Shown: positions 1 through 13,310 of the stretch, one piece after another
How positions within the stretch are numbered: position 1 is the stretch's first letter
Layout: each line of letters begins with the position of its first letter
Assembly (NCBI RefSeq): GCF_963921235.1
Contig: NC_086097.1
Span: 149,918,001-149,982,000, forward strand
From: Mobula hypostoma
Taxonomy: Eukaryota
Direction: 5' to 3'
Length of the DNA stretch: 64,000 nt
Translations under genes and position numbers: made by a program
The notes under the pieces: generated by a model
What the model saw: only the letters and a program-made list of their open reading frames with translations
What the model was told of the DNA's origin: nothing
Database searches by the model: none

Positions 1-1530
1 AGAATCCAAGTGTTGAAATTCACGTTCTTCTACTAGAAATTTATTCTCTGGAATATCAAAACAGCTGGAAAAGACTTTAGCCTTTTCTGCATGAAAACAT
101 TACTTCTTGATTGAAATTTTCTTCCACTTGTGATTCTTTCAATTATTGCTTTGCTGTAAAGTACAAATCCATTCTTCAAATAGATCAAGGGTTTTCAACA
201 CAGTTTTTAGATGACTAGAGAGTCAATCGCTATTCATAAATGATGAGCAAATCCAACACTTGAGATTTTAATTACAAAACACGTGAACTTTCACGTTAAG
301 ACAAAACGGGTTTGGCACAGTACAAGCTTTAAAAGTCCTGAGAGAAAGATTGCACTGATTTCTTAGGATATGTAGAATTTTGGGATTGGTCTACAATCAA
401 ATCACATACTTAGAATTATGTTAAGACTGCAAACTTCATCAGCAGTTCAGATTAGCACCAAGTTCTCAATTTAATCACTACTACACAAAGTACAAATTGG
501 CATCTTTATCAGTTAAACCTATAAAACTAATTTAACAAAATTATGAGAACAATCTTGAGAAGCAATATTGAATTTGAAGAAAAGGGCAAAGCTTGTTGAT
601 ATTTAAAGGTTTATTTCAATATACGGGTTCCAGAAATAAGGTAGTGAGCAAGATGCAGAAACACTTGCAGGCATGTCACCAAAATTCCTGTTGAAAGTTT
701 ACTTAAAAGGATAATTCAATCTTCTTGGTTATTTCTTCACAATGTCCTGACTCAAGAGGCCTACTTAATACACCTTCTCCTGGTTCAACAGTCCCAGTAG
801 TTAAGTTTGGTCCATTTTCATTCTGCACTCTCCTTGGCAAATATATCCTTTTGGGTAAGGAGACAACATTATAGGAAAGATGCCATATTATAAGGAGGGT
901 AAAGAGCTAATCTGAGGATGTTGTTTTGAGATTATTTATTATCAGAAAAGTTTAGTTATCACAGCAAAGGACATCTAGGTGGAAGTTATATTCTTCAGAA
1001 ATTGAGTCTGAATTAAGGTGCATAAATCCAAGTGCCCTGGATATCACAAAAATAAGACTATTTCCTTTCGCAGAGAAGTTAACGATTGAGCAGAAATTTA
1101 AAGGAACAAGGGGGAAGGATTACAGTAGAAGTAGAGCTCTAGAATTTATAATCTGTCAAAAACAAAAGCATTAGAAGGTGAAAACGCCATATTTAAAATG
1201 TCCCCAAATGAGCATTATAGAGGTATTGTAATGCTGTGCCCAAGATCTGAAAGGCAGTATTAGTCTTAAATGTTCATTTCTAAAATGGCATAATCCAAAT
1301 GCCCTCGTGCTGCATGAGCACAAGATCTCTACATTTTCCTCAATCAAGACTAATTTTTTTTAAATGCTTTTCAATTTGAGCTTTTATCTTAAACTTTGAA
1401 TAACACAGCATATTGTACTTGTTACATGCTTCCATTATCATGGAGGCACTTGAGAAACTTCAAACTACTTCAGTTGTCATCTGCAACATTTTATCTACCC
1501 AGTAAGGCCAACAGAAGAGCACTTGCTTAC

Positions 1531-1602
1531 CATTTCAGAGAAACCAGAATTTTCCACTAGAAGCTGTCTGACTTCAGAGAGGGCGACATCTTGTAGAGCC
1601 AT
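1531..1602 (-). CDS. First coding exon of an unidentified host gene (exon 1531-1623; MALQDVALSEVRQLLVENSGFSEM, phase 0)
   Basis: Minus strand reads cttattcttttctag|tttctctagaaagtgtgcacgATGG...GAAATG|gtaagc: polypyrimidine acceptor, in-frame upstream TAG, strong Kozak (A-3, G+4), 24 open codons, canonical donor; unique non-repeat sequence. Confidence 0.7.
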
Positions 1603-2132
1603 CGTGCACACTTTCTAGAGAAACTAGAAAAGAATAAGATGGATGACAATTAAATGAAATTGAATTTCTACAATATTTACATTCCTATAAAAATTACTTC
1701 ATGAAGTTAGAGAAATGAATGCCCAAAAATAAAATTATCAACTCAAAATGCAAACTTTCATAACTTGCACTTTTAACCACTGCTACACACATTTAGCTAC
1801 AATATTGTTTGAAAGTTAGTACAATATAATGAAACTTCGGTATTAAGTCATTAAAGTTTAAGTTATGAACTTTAAAAAGTTCGTAATACTGAAGTTTGAT
1901 CAGCTTAATGCATAATTATCAAGCTCATCTGACCAATGTAGAGCATAGAGGTGTACATGAAGTTAGAACAGACAATTTAGACTGAAATTATGAGAAGTGT
2001 CAAAACACCTTCAAATTATATTTAAACTTGGAAGCATTGGGATGGCCACACTAGTTAACCATTAAAACAGATTTACAACTGTTCTTTTATAAGTACAGTA
2101 TCAAAGGGTAAAACCAAGACATTAAAACATAC

Positions 2133-2186
2133 CGTAATCAAATTCCAATTGACTCAATAGCCTGCTTAATCTGACGGAGGCAGGTT
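2133..2186 (-). other. Possible small 5'-UTR exon of the same gene
   Basis: Minus strand ttttgttttcataaagcag|aacctg...ttacg|gtatgt; splice signals only. Confidence 0.3.
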
Positions 2187-2261
2187 CTGCTTTATGAAAA
2201 CAAAACTAGCCTAGAAATTCATATCAATCCCTCTGCTCCAGAATTGTGTAATAAAAAATTT

Positions 2262-2577
2262 TATTTGAAGATACAGCGTAGAATTGGCCTTATTGGCCCC
2301 TTGAGCCGCGCTACCAACCATCAATTCAATCCCAGCCTAATCATGAGACAAGTTACAATGATACAATGACCAATTTACCTACAACCAGTGTGTTCTCGGA
2401 CTGTGGCGGGGGGAAAGAGAACCAGAGGACCTGGAAGAATCCCATAAGTTCATGGGGTGAAGATATAGACTCCTTATACATGATGCAGGAACTGAACTCC
2501 GATCTCCTATGCCTTAGAAAACCTACAGCCTTGAGCTGTAATAGCACTGCACTAACCACTATGCTATCGTGGCACCT
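2262..2577 (-). mobile_element. tRNA-derived V-SINE (HE1-like), decayed
   Basis: V-domain-like core (ggactgtggcggggga...accagaggacctggaagaatccca...ggggtgaagatatagactcc), tRNA-like head at right end, CR1-like tail at left. Confidence 0.65.
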
Positions 2578-4119
2578 GGAAGTGTTATCATAATTATTTC
2601 CAGGTTGTTTTACTTCATTCCTATAAGTCACTCCACTTGAGCACTTGATAATTCCTTGTTCAATTATATTTGGGGTGACATGCTCTTCTCAAAACTCCTT
2701 TCTACAGCACTGTACAGCAAATTTAGACCAAATTGCCTGTTTATGGACTGATATTTAAAACATACCTATATAGAGAGGATAACTAAGTTTTGAATATCAC
2801 AGTGATGGACTGAAACCTTACAAGTTTGTACTTCTGGACTCTCCCCTCATTAATCCAACATGAAACATCAGCCATTGGAAGCCTCCATCTCTATGGATCA
2901 TAACACCATGATGAACATAAAAGACCACAAGCCTCCCCAACCTAAACAACTCCCTTCCTACAATCAGGATCATGCCCCTGTGAATCTAAAAGCCCATTAA
3001 TTGAAGCCACTTTCTCCAACACATCTTGTTTCCAGCACCAAAGCCACTCTCATCTCTAATCTTCTATAAAGTCGTCATGGAGGAAGATATGGAGATATGG
3101 AATATTTAAAGATTATGGAGGTCTCAATAACACATCAAAATTCACATGAAACATCAAACATCTTTAATCCAAAAGAAAAATCACCTCTACATGTGATGTG
3201 GCATGCACTGTCACAACTAAAGTCATCATTGTTCCATATGACAAAGATAAAACTACAGTCTATTGGTTAGTCATACATTTGATTCAAATTTACAGGTACA
3301 TTAAACATGTTAGGGCTCTGGATGGAAATAGCTTAACCAAAAAGGTACAGATGCTCCTGGTGATTAAAGGGAGGCAAGAGGAAGCGTTCCATGTATAAAA
3401 ACCTTAACTGACTAGCTAGGACATTCTGCTGACACATCACTAACTCTGCCAACAGTTTTATGATACCAGAAAGAAATATCAAGAGTTAAAATCCTTGTTA
3501 AACAAGAATTGAATGGAGTAAAAATATTATACACATCACAACAATACTTTGAATTAATCTTTCATGTTGGTATAAATGTTTGTTTACTAGTCAGATTACT
3601 ACTGGTATAAAATTTCTTTGTTGTCTAATGTGCTGAGATTGCAATACCAAAAGGAGGCACTGCCAATAACAAGTTGAAACGGCTCCGAAAAACTAGATAC
3701 ACCCCGCTGCCATTGCTGTATTGTTAATCATAATGATTTGTCAAATGAAGTTTAGGAATACTGAATATACATGCAACCACACAATCAATATTTGCTGATG
3801 GGAATAACCAAATCCTGACTTCTGCGAATTATAAAACACTCCAGATTATATGGGTCTAGAAATTATTCTCAATCAAGCCGTAGAACTACATTTCATTAAA
3901 TTTTATAATCTGGAGTGTTTTATAACCAGTCTGAATCGTATCAAAACTGCCTTTAACAAGAGGAATGGAGACCTAAAATGATGAAATATAGTTAAAACTT
4001 GGCTTCTTTTGTACTCTGAAAGAAACAAAAGTTGACAGACTAGTCCCATCAGACTCTGATCTGATAGCAGAATTCTATAAAGGCCTGCTTCAGGAATAAA
4101 ATAGGCCATAATTACCTGG

Positions 4120-4574
4120 TTATGCCTCACTGTCTGGAGGTGGTGGTGGTGGCTATTGCACAGGACCGAAAGAAGCTGCAGAGGGTTGTAAATTTAGTCC
4201 GCTCCATCTTGGGTACTAGCCTACAAAATACCCAGGACATCTTCAAGGAGCAGTGTCTCAGAAAGGCAGCATCCATTATTAAGGACCTCCAGCACCCAGG
4301 GCATGGCCTTTTCTTACTGTTATCATTAGGTAGGAAGTACAGAAGCCTGAAGGCACACACTCAGCGATTCTTCCGCTCTGCCATCCAATTCCTAAATGGA
4401 CATTGAACCCTTCCTCCATTTTTTGATATATATCTTACTTCTTTTTTACATGACCTTTAATCTATTCAATATATGTATACCGTAACTTATTTTTTTTTCT
4501 TCTGTATTGCATTAAACTGCTAAGTTAACAAACTTCATGACACATGCTGGTGATAATAAACCTGATTCTGATTC
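4120..4574 (+). mobile_element. Rex1/Babar LINE 3' fragment
   Basis: Translation QDRKKLQRVV...RKAASIIKDLQHPGHGLF..L..GRKYRS..AIQFLN; tail aataaacctgattctgattc. Confidence 0.8.
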
Positions 4575-5124
4575 CTGCAAGTCAGAGAAATTAGAATATT
4601 CTACAATAGTCCCATTAGCAAATTGCTTGCTTCCCATCTCCACTGACATTGTTACAACCTACTACCCTCCACAACTAATCATACCCCTTGCCAACAACAA
4701 ACTGAGGATAATCCTTCCACTTAACCAACTCTAGACGCAGAGCTTCTACTCACTCTTGGTAATTTGCCCAACTGCCTTCTTAAACAGCTACAGCAGTAGA
4801 CAGGGTTTTGAGGTTTTCAAATTAAAGACACATTCAATTGTACTGGTCTCTTTGCATCTAGATATGGCACTAACTACCCAGATAACATTGTTTTAATGGA
4901 TTTTGACACAGAAGAATCAAGGTCCCAGTTCTCCCAAAAAGAAACTTGTTCAGAAATTTAAAATATGGAACATATTCAAAGTACTTCAATTTTAGCTATG
5001 TCCTGACAATCTAGGTTGTGACAAGTCATGTGACATACTTTTCATTCATCCATATTTTAAGATGGAGAAGCAAAATTGTTTCCAGATGCATTAAATGGTT
5101 AGTGGAAAGGGACATGATTGGTAA

Positions 5125-5590
5125 ATTGATTTATTGTTGTCACAGTACCAAAGTGCAGCAAAAAAAAACTTTTGCATACCATCAGTTACTTTCGTTACAA
5201 CAGGGCACTGAAGTAACACAAGGGAAAACAATTAACAGAACACAGAATAATGTTTTACTGTTACAAAGAAAGAGCAGTGCAGGCAGACAATAAGGTGCAA
5301 GCCCACAACAAGGTAGAGTTCGATGTCAAGAGTTCATCTTATTATAGTAGGGGACCATTCAATGGACATTACAATGGAATAGACAACATCCTTGATCCTG
5401 GAGGGATATGTATTCAGGTTTTTCTATCATTTGCCTGATGGGAGGTGAGGAGAGAAAGTCCATTGTGGGTGGGGTCACTGATTAATGTTGGTTACTTTAC
5501 AGTGAAAGGAAGAATTGTATTCACAGTTCATGGAAGCAAGACTGGTTTCCCTGATGTGCGAGTTATGTCCTTAACTTTGCAATTTCCTTA
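5125..5590 (-). mobile_element. Rex1/Babar-type 3' tail fragment, decayed
   Basis: tttattgttgtcaca tail and similarity to 30465-30770 and 37580-37765. Confidence 0.55.
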
Positions 5591-6041
5591 AGTGAACAGT
5601 TTGCTATAGACCTTGGAGGAAGTGCATTCAAGGAAGTTCATGATCTTGCTGAATGAAGCTTCAGATACCCACATTTATACTCCTATGCCCCTTTTGTCCC
5701 TTACAATAGTTTTTAATTTTCTCATTTCTGAAGGCAAGGAAGTTATTTCAAAACAGAGCATACAGCACAACTGCTCCAACACAAATAAAAATTTGGACTT
5801 CACTATATTCCAAATAGATAACCTACAGTTTAGATTAACTGAACATAATCATGTGGGTGTCAAAAAGGTTTCACTTATGCCCATGAAATTGGCCACTACA
5901 AGCAGCCATTATACCAAAACAATACATGCCACTGGTTTGAAATCTATATTTGAATTATGCTTATGCAACATATCCGATTAAATCAGCAGAAACAAAGTGT
6001 TCCGCACATGCAATGTCGCTGCATATTGACTTGGCTTAATG

Positions 6042-7045
6042 CAGCAGTCCCCAACCACCGGGCCGTAAAGCATGTGCTACTGAGCCACGAGGAAGCGATA
6101 TGATTTGGCGATATCAGTCAGTTGCACCTTTCCTCATTCCCTGTCACACCCACTGTTGAGCTTGAATGCACGCGAGGTCATTACCCACGCATCATCCATG
6201 GCAGCGTCAGAAGAAGATCAACTCCTCAAGCTTGCAAATGACAGCAGGCTGAAAAGTATGTCTGACATAACATCTCTGCTGGCATTCTGGATCAAAGGCT
6301 AAATATCCTGAGATAGCCACGAAAGCACTGAAAACGTTGCTTCCATTTCCAACATATCTCTGCAATGAATGCAACGAAAACTAAATTGCGGAATAGACTG
6401 GACATAAGGAACCCCCTTCGAGTATCGCTGTCTCCCATCACCCCTCGATGCCACCGTCTCGTTGCAGGGAAACAAGCCCAGGGCTCCCACTGATTCAGCG
6501 ATATTGGTGTGTTGCAATGATTTTATATGTTCATACAAGGAAAATATGTAATGTTTAATATCCAAATGTTACTTAAAATGTTATGATGCTATTGACTTAA
6601 GTGACTTGTACAGTAATTGACTTATCACTATATTAAAACGAGGAAAATATGCACTGTGTGTTTAAAATTAAATTTGTTAGATAAACCCTTTTAGAAACAA
6701 AATTGAGTGTATTAGCCACTAAAAAGTGACTTATAGTTGACTGATCTTCTATATTCCGGTTGTGATTAACACTCCCCCCCCACCCCCCAAACAGAATCGC
6801 CAAAAACGATTTGTAGAAAAAAAAATTCGGCACATACACGCATGCGCACACAGGTGCCCGTGCAAGGATTCATGGTAATTGTAATCTTCTCGGGGTAAAG
6901 ACAACGTACTTGATGGTTACTCTTGTCTGTTGGCAACCCTACCCCACCACCTGCACCTGCGACCCCCCCCCCCCCGCCACCGGTCCACAAGAATATTGTC
7001 AATAATAAACCAGTCCACGGTGCAAAAAAACGTTGGGGACCCCTG
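6042..7045 (+). mobile_element. Non-autonomous hAT (Buster/Charlie) DNA transposon
   Basis: TIRs cagcagtccccaac / gttggggacccctg; 8-bp TSD gcttaatg (6034-6041) / gcttagtg (7046-7053) with central TA; remnant transposase C-terminus (EEDQLLKLAND..FWIK..YPEIATKALKTLLPFPT..TKTKLRNRLDI). Confidence 0.9.
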
Positions 7046-7179
7046 GCTTAGTGCATCCAAGATGATGATTCAGCACTAGCCCCTCCATTAGGCACACAAG
7101 ACCTTAATGATTCAGCAGCAGAAAATTTCCCCTTGCTCCCTACTCATCAAATTCCAAAAGGGTCTTTATTAACTTGCTG

Positions 7180-7630
7180 GTTGCTTTGGTGACTATGTTT
7201 TATAGATAGCATTCTTACTGGTTGCATTAAAGCCTAGAATGGAGGCTTCAATGCACAGCATTGCTGGAGGAAAAGGCTTGTACATTCAGCTAGCTCTATT
7301 ACAGGCACAATGGCCTAATTCTGCTCTTATATCTTATAGAAAGCATTGTCTGGCTGCATTCCCCACCATTCAGGACATCTTCAAGCTGCAGTGCCTCAAA
7401 AAGGCTGTATTCATCCTTAACAACTCTCACTGTCAAGACGACGACAACTTCTTGTTATTCCATGAGGATGGAGGTGCAGGTGCCCAAGGACCCAATTAAT
7501 TCAGTAAGAGCTTCTTTCTCTGTTAAGATTTCTGAACATTACCTCAATATTCCCTTGCTCTTTGCACTATTTATTCTGTAATTTATGGTAATTTTATGCC
7601 TTTGCACTAAACTGTGGTCTCAAAACAAGT
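7180..7630 (+). mobile_element. Rex1/Babar LINE 3' fragment, decayed
   Basis: PTIQDIFKLQCLKKA similar to 4120-4574. Confidence 0.6.
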
Positions 7631-9223
7631 TATGTCAGAAGACAGTGATAAAAAAAATCCAATTCTGAATAAAGGGGAAGAGATATGAAGACCATATCAT
7701 GGAGGAGTAGACTGCTGAATACAAAGATAATTTTGATCGTAATTCCATACCCTTTCTCACAAAGCTACAGTTGCAAGAAAATGTTTTTTTAACCTGGTTT
7801 TCTGCATTACTCACAAAACGTGATCTAATCTTCATGCAAGTCACAATAATAGACGAACACAATCGCCTAAACTAGTAACAAACTGTACTTTTCATGTCTT
7901 TATTTAACACAATGTAATCATTCAGTGCAAGATGGGAAAAGTATGTGAATCCTTTTGTTCACTAATAGACCCTCCTATAAGCAGCAATAACCTCCACCAA
8001 ATGTTTCCTGTAGCTGCTGATCAGACTTGCACAATGGCACAGGGGAATATTAGACCATTCCTCCATACAAGACTGCTTCATTTCATAAATATTTCTGGGA
8101 TACCTTGCATTAACAGCCTTCTTTAGTTCATGCCAGAGCATCTCAATTGGGTTAAGGTCTGGAATCCAACTTGGCCATTCCAAAACACATATTTTTTTCT
8201 TTTTTAACCATTCTGTTGTTGATTTGCTCGTGTTTCAGATCGTCTTCTTGCATCATGCAACTTTTATTAATCTTCAAATGATGGACCGCCACCATGACCT
8301 TCTCATGTAAAATGTGTTGATACAAATTTTGAATTATTCTTCCCTCAACAAGCGACAGCTGCGCTGTCCAGACCCTGAGGCAGCAAAGCAGCCCCAAACC
8401 ATGACGCTCATTCCAACATGCTTCACAGTTGGGTTGAGGTTCCGGTGTTGGTGTGCAGGGCCCTTTTTCCTCAAAAAAAAAGCACTATGAATTTCTGCCA
8501 GAAGTTCAACTTTTGTCTCATCTGTACACAGAACACTGTCCCAGAAGCATTGTGGAACATCCAGGTGGTCTTTTGCAAACTTGAGACATGCATCAACTTA
8601 TTTTTTTGGAGAGCAGTGGTTTCCTCCATGCTGTCCTTCCATGAACGCCATTCTTATTCAATGTTTTTCTTATAGTGGACACATGAAGGGAGTTTAACAA
8701 GTGCTAGATATTTCTGCAAGCCTTTTGCTGTTACCCTTGGGTTGTTTTTCACCTCCTTCAGCATTGCATGTTGTGCTTTTGGTGTCATCTTTGCAGGATG
8801 CCCACTCCTAGGGACAGTAGCAACAGTATTGAGTTTCCTCCATTTGTAGACAATTTCTCATACTGTGGACTCATACTCAGGTCTTTAGAAGTGCTTGTGT
8901 AGCCTTTTCCAGCTTCAGGCATCTCTACATTCCTTCTAAGATCCTCTGAAAGTTGTTGCACATAAATGGATCTTCCTTAACAGCAGTTTCTGTCAGTAAC
9001 CTGACTGTCTTTTTTTAAAGACATAGCTCCTCTACAACCTATGCCTCCAATCTCAACTCATTGACTGGAACACCTGACTCCAAATAGCTTTTGTAGAAGG
9101 CATTACCCCAGAGCTTCACATACTTTATTGAACCTAGACTGATTGCTTAAATAGTGTACAATTGTTTGTATGTTTAACTTAGGCAGATTGTGTTTCTTTA
9201 TAATTGTGACCTAGATGAAGATC

Positions 9224-11230
9224 TAATTACAACAACTTCAGGATGAGGGTCTCTTCAGGAGCAATTATATCAAGCTGGCACAAGGTGGAGATTGGCATCA
9301 TCACAGGATGCACTATTTCAGTGACACGGTTCTCCCTAGCCACGAAGATGCTCACCAAATCAGCTGAACCAGAGTGCAGAGGGCCCAGAATGAATTCCGC
9401 TCAACGGCAACCACCTATCAGGGCATTCATGGATGACCTCACGATCACCACAAAATTAGTCCCAGGCTGCCAGTGGATTCTGCAGGGGCTCAAAAAGTTG
9501 GTGGAGTGGGCCCAGATGCGTTTCAAACCTGCCAAATCAAGATCTATGGTGCTGAGAAAAGGGAAGGTGGAGAACAAGTTCCGGTTCAGCATTGCAGCCG
9601 CAGCTATCCCAACCATCACAGAAAAGCCAGTCAAGAGCTTAGGTAAGGTTTTTGTCAGCTCTTTAAGGGACACGATATCCATTCAGGTGATCTGCACCGA
9701 GTTGGATGGCTGGCTGAAATCTGTGGACAAGTCTGGCCCACCTGGGAAGCTCAAAGCCTGTGTGTATCAGCATGGCATTCTTCCTGGAATCCTGTGGCCC
9801 CTTCTCATCTATGCAGTTCTGATCTCGACAGTTGAAACCTTAGAGAGGAGGGTTAGCAATCACCTCAGGAGATGTCAGGGGCTGCCAAAGAGCCTGAGCA
9901 GCATCGCACTCTATGGACACAACAAACTGCAACTGCCCTTCAAATCCTTGGAGGAGGAATTCAAGGTAACAAGAGCCAGAGAAGTGGTACAGTATTGGGA
10001 CTCAAGTGATCTGAAGGTGGTTAGAGCAGGGATCTAAGTAAGGAATCCAAGGCAGGAAGTGGAGGGCAGAGGAAGCTGTTCAGGAGGCAGTGGCAAGGCT
10101 ACATCACAGGGGCCTAATGGGAGTGGTCACGCAAGGCCGAGCTGGGCTAGGATTCTTTCCAACTCCCCAAATGGGCACCAGAGGGAAGGAGAGGCGCCGC
10201 CTAGTTCAGGAGGTGGTGAGTGCAGTAGTGGAGGAGATGAGAGCCTGCAAGGCGGTGGGAATGAGCAACAGGGAGCTTGGACAAGATGAGAGAATGTGGT
10301 TGAGAGGAAGGTGACCTGGGCTGAGCTTTGGAAAGTCGAACTACACCACATCCAATTTCTCATCCAGGCAGTGTATGATACGCTTCCAAGCCCACCAAAC
10401 CTGCACACATGGGCAAAGCAGAGTCATCTGTGTGCCCACTGTGCTCCAAGCGAGGAACCCTGGAGCACATCCTCAGCGGCTGCACAAGGACACTTGGTGA
10501 GGGACGGTGCCAATGGAGGCCAGATCAAGTCCTGAAAACCATCGCTGAAACCGTCAGCACAGGAGTTGAGTGGGCGAAGCTGTCCCGACCCTCCAAGCAG
10601 ACCATTGCCTTTGTCAGAGCTGAGGAGCAGCCAATACCCGCCAAAAGAACATATGCAGGCAACCTGACCTCTGTAAGGGACTGGCAGCTGTTGGTGGACC
10701 TCAAACAGCAGCTGAAGTTCCCCAATCATATCGCAGCCACCACCCTGCGACCAGACATTGTTCTTGTGTCTGAGTCTACTAAGCAAGTGTTGCCGCTGGA
10801 GCTGATAGTCCCATGGGAAGATAGCTTGGAAGAGGCCTTTGAAAGGAAGCTCTCCAAGTATGCAGGACTGGTCAGCAACTGTCAGCAGGCTGGATGGAGA
10901 GTGAGGTGTCTCCCAGTGGAGGTTGGTTGTAGGGGATTCGTAGCCCGTTCATTAGCTAGAGCCTTCAGCAATTTGGGCATCGAGGAAGAGAGGAAGAGGA
11001 GAGCCATCCACCGTATCACCGATGCGGCAGAGAAGGCCTCAAGATGTCTGTGGCTCAAAAGAGGGGAGCCATGGAGTCATAAGTAGCTAGCCATCTGGAC
11101 ACAAGCTGGGGTCTGATCAGCCCTGGCTGGGTCACCTGGAGGAGGGTGCATGATGTTGAAAGATCAGAAACACCCGATGATTCCAGGAACATCACTGAAC
11201 ATGTGTCCAGATGCATCAGTAGATGTACAC
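9224..11230 (+). mobile_element. 5'-truncated RLE non-LTR retrotransposon (HERO/NeSL-like), family A
   Basis: RT (GIITGCTIS, FMDDLT), zinc knuckle CPLC..HIL..C, R(H>P)D, RPDIVL..ELIVPWE..K..KY restriction-like endonuclease; several stops/frameshifts; flanked by AAGATC at 9218-9223 and 11231-11236. Confidence 0.92.
11092..11213 (+). ncRNA. Structured 3'-UTR RNA with permuted hammerhead-like core (degenerate copy)
   Basis: Outer stem catctggacaca/tgtgtccagatg; gggtg-CA-tgatgtt ... GAAA-caccc ... aacatca-CTGAACA. Confidence 0.6.
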
Positions 11231-13134
11231 AAGATCAGACCACATTTTATGAGTTATTAATATAGAAAACCAGGTAAATGCAAAGACTTCACAAACTTTC
11301 TTGCAACTACTGTTTAGTCTCAAACATCTATATTGGTATTTGGATTCCATGCAGCTTGGAAAATGGACTAAGAGATTTTGCAAAGAAATTTAATATGCAA
11401 GGCAAGATTAAAGTTCTCAAACCTCACCCCAATCTGCCCTTTTCCATAGAACAAGTTATGGACTTATGACAAAAGTGCTGAGTTGCAATGGTCTACCAAG
11501 AATGTGTGCTTCCATTTGAATTTTCACCCTCCCACCTCCACAAAAAGCACATGAAAGCTGAGATTCCCATCTACACCAAGAGTTTTACTGACTGTTTATG
11601 AATCTTTTTCACAAATATGTCTTGCATTAAAAAGCAAGCAGGATAGTTAAGGGTTAAGGGTTTTTAATCATTGACCACAAGTTGTGAGGAAAGGTACCAA
11701 GTCACAACAGGGAATGACATTAGGGTAACTGAACTGAGGAAGATACAATTTTGAGTTCCAGGAAAATTAAAATAGAAACCTAGGGCTCAAAAGGAATGCC
11801 AATAAGACATAATGTAAAGACTTTTACTCCTCATGTATATGAAGGCTGTCAGTAATAAAGTCAATTCAATTCAATGCCAAAATAATGTTAACTCCAAAAT
11901 ACTGCGGTATCAAGAACAAATTATAAACCCTACATGATGCAAAATATTAAGAGGCTTGAATAAAGAAACATTCTCCCCATCCATCCTCGCAATGTAATTC
12001 AGTTTTAGAAACATATTCCTCATTAAATTATCAAATTCCTTGTTGCTCATTTACAACCAGAGAAAATAACATGGGGGGCATGATTTTAAGGTGACTGGGG
12101 GAAAATATAGGGGGATTTCAGAGTTACTTTTTCAGTTTAAAAAAAAAGAGCGTTAAATGCATGGAACACACTGGCGGGGATAGCTGTAGAGACGGGTACT
12201 TTAGGGACATTAAGAGGATGTTAAAAATAGAGGACTATGTAGAAACAACTTTACTGTGCTGGAATATTCTAAGCTCTATGAAAATGAATACCAAAAGCTT
12301 TGTTTTGGATGCAAAAAGATTAATTGTGAAAAAGAAAATATCTCTGAACAGTAAACATTTTTCTCTATTGCTTAGATGCTCAAAATACATTTTATTATTA
12401 GTAGATAAATAAAACAAGTGAAACTGGCCTTTAACATTTGTAGTAAAGGCTAGAGAAAAATTTCATCCAGTGTTATTGTGATGGACATACATCATGCAGC
12501 AACATCTGCCATGTTTATAAAGGCAAGCCAGGTATAATCAGTTACAATTTTGTAAACTCTACCCCTAACTTGCTGATACTCACCTTCTGGGCTCCAATAC
12601 AAGTGCACAATTTAATATTGTAACAGAAGACAATAAGATAACTGTTCCCCTATTCTCCAGCTGTCAGGATATACAAAGATAATTGGATCAGGTGGGGCAA
12701 AGAAACTAGGCTGAATTACTCATGACTGCTGTTGAAGTTGGCAGTAAATGACACGTTCTATTGTTCAATGCCACATTGATCTTCTGTCAAAATAAAATAC
12801 AAAATTCTATAAACTCCCATGAGTATTTTTTGTGGGAAGACAGCAGTTAACACTTCAAGATGATAACAGCAACTGAGAGAATTTGAAAAGTTAAGTGTCA
12901 TTGACACAAATGTTAAACCATTCTCTTCAAAGATGCTGCCCAACCAGATACTTCCAGTGCTGTTTTTGTGCTTGAGGTCAAACTTCCCCTGCAGATGTTC
13001 TTGCATTTCCTGCCAAAAGGGATCATGTAACGAAAAATTAGTTACTAAGATGCAAAAAGAGCACAAAATGAATGTCTACAACTTTCACCAGCAAATGTAC
13101 CAGTTCACCAGCTTCAGCTAAATTGAAGCCCAGA

Positions 13135-13310
13135 ATCAATCAGGTTTAATATTGACATACGTCATGAAATTTGTTTTGTGGTAGCAGTACAGTGTAATAC
13201 ACAAAGATATTAAGAATTACAATAAAAATTATATATATTAGGTAGTACAAAAGAGCAAAAGTAGTGTGTACTGTTCATGGGTTGGTTTATTGTTCATTCA
13301 GATATCTGAT
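13135..13310 (-). mobile_element. Rex1/Babar tail fragment
   Basis: agaatcaatcaggtttaat...gtcatgaaatttgtt, reverse complement of the 4530-4574 tail. Confidence 0.65.

Larger units (their letters stand above)
7768..11309 (-). mobile_element. Tc1/mariner transposon (decayed), interrupted by a HERO-like insertion at 9224-11230
   Basis: TA+cagttgcaagaaa left end, tttcttgcaact right end, long imperfect TIRs; transposase remnants on minus strand (WPSWIPDLNPIEMLWHELKKAV) about 7960-8960. Confidence 0.9.

Noticed and set aside
1531..1602. Gene symbol for the host exon
   Set aside because: 24 residues not recognised with confidence.
2500..2577. tRNA gene
   Set aside because: Degenerate tRNA-like SINE head, no cloverleaf.
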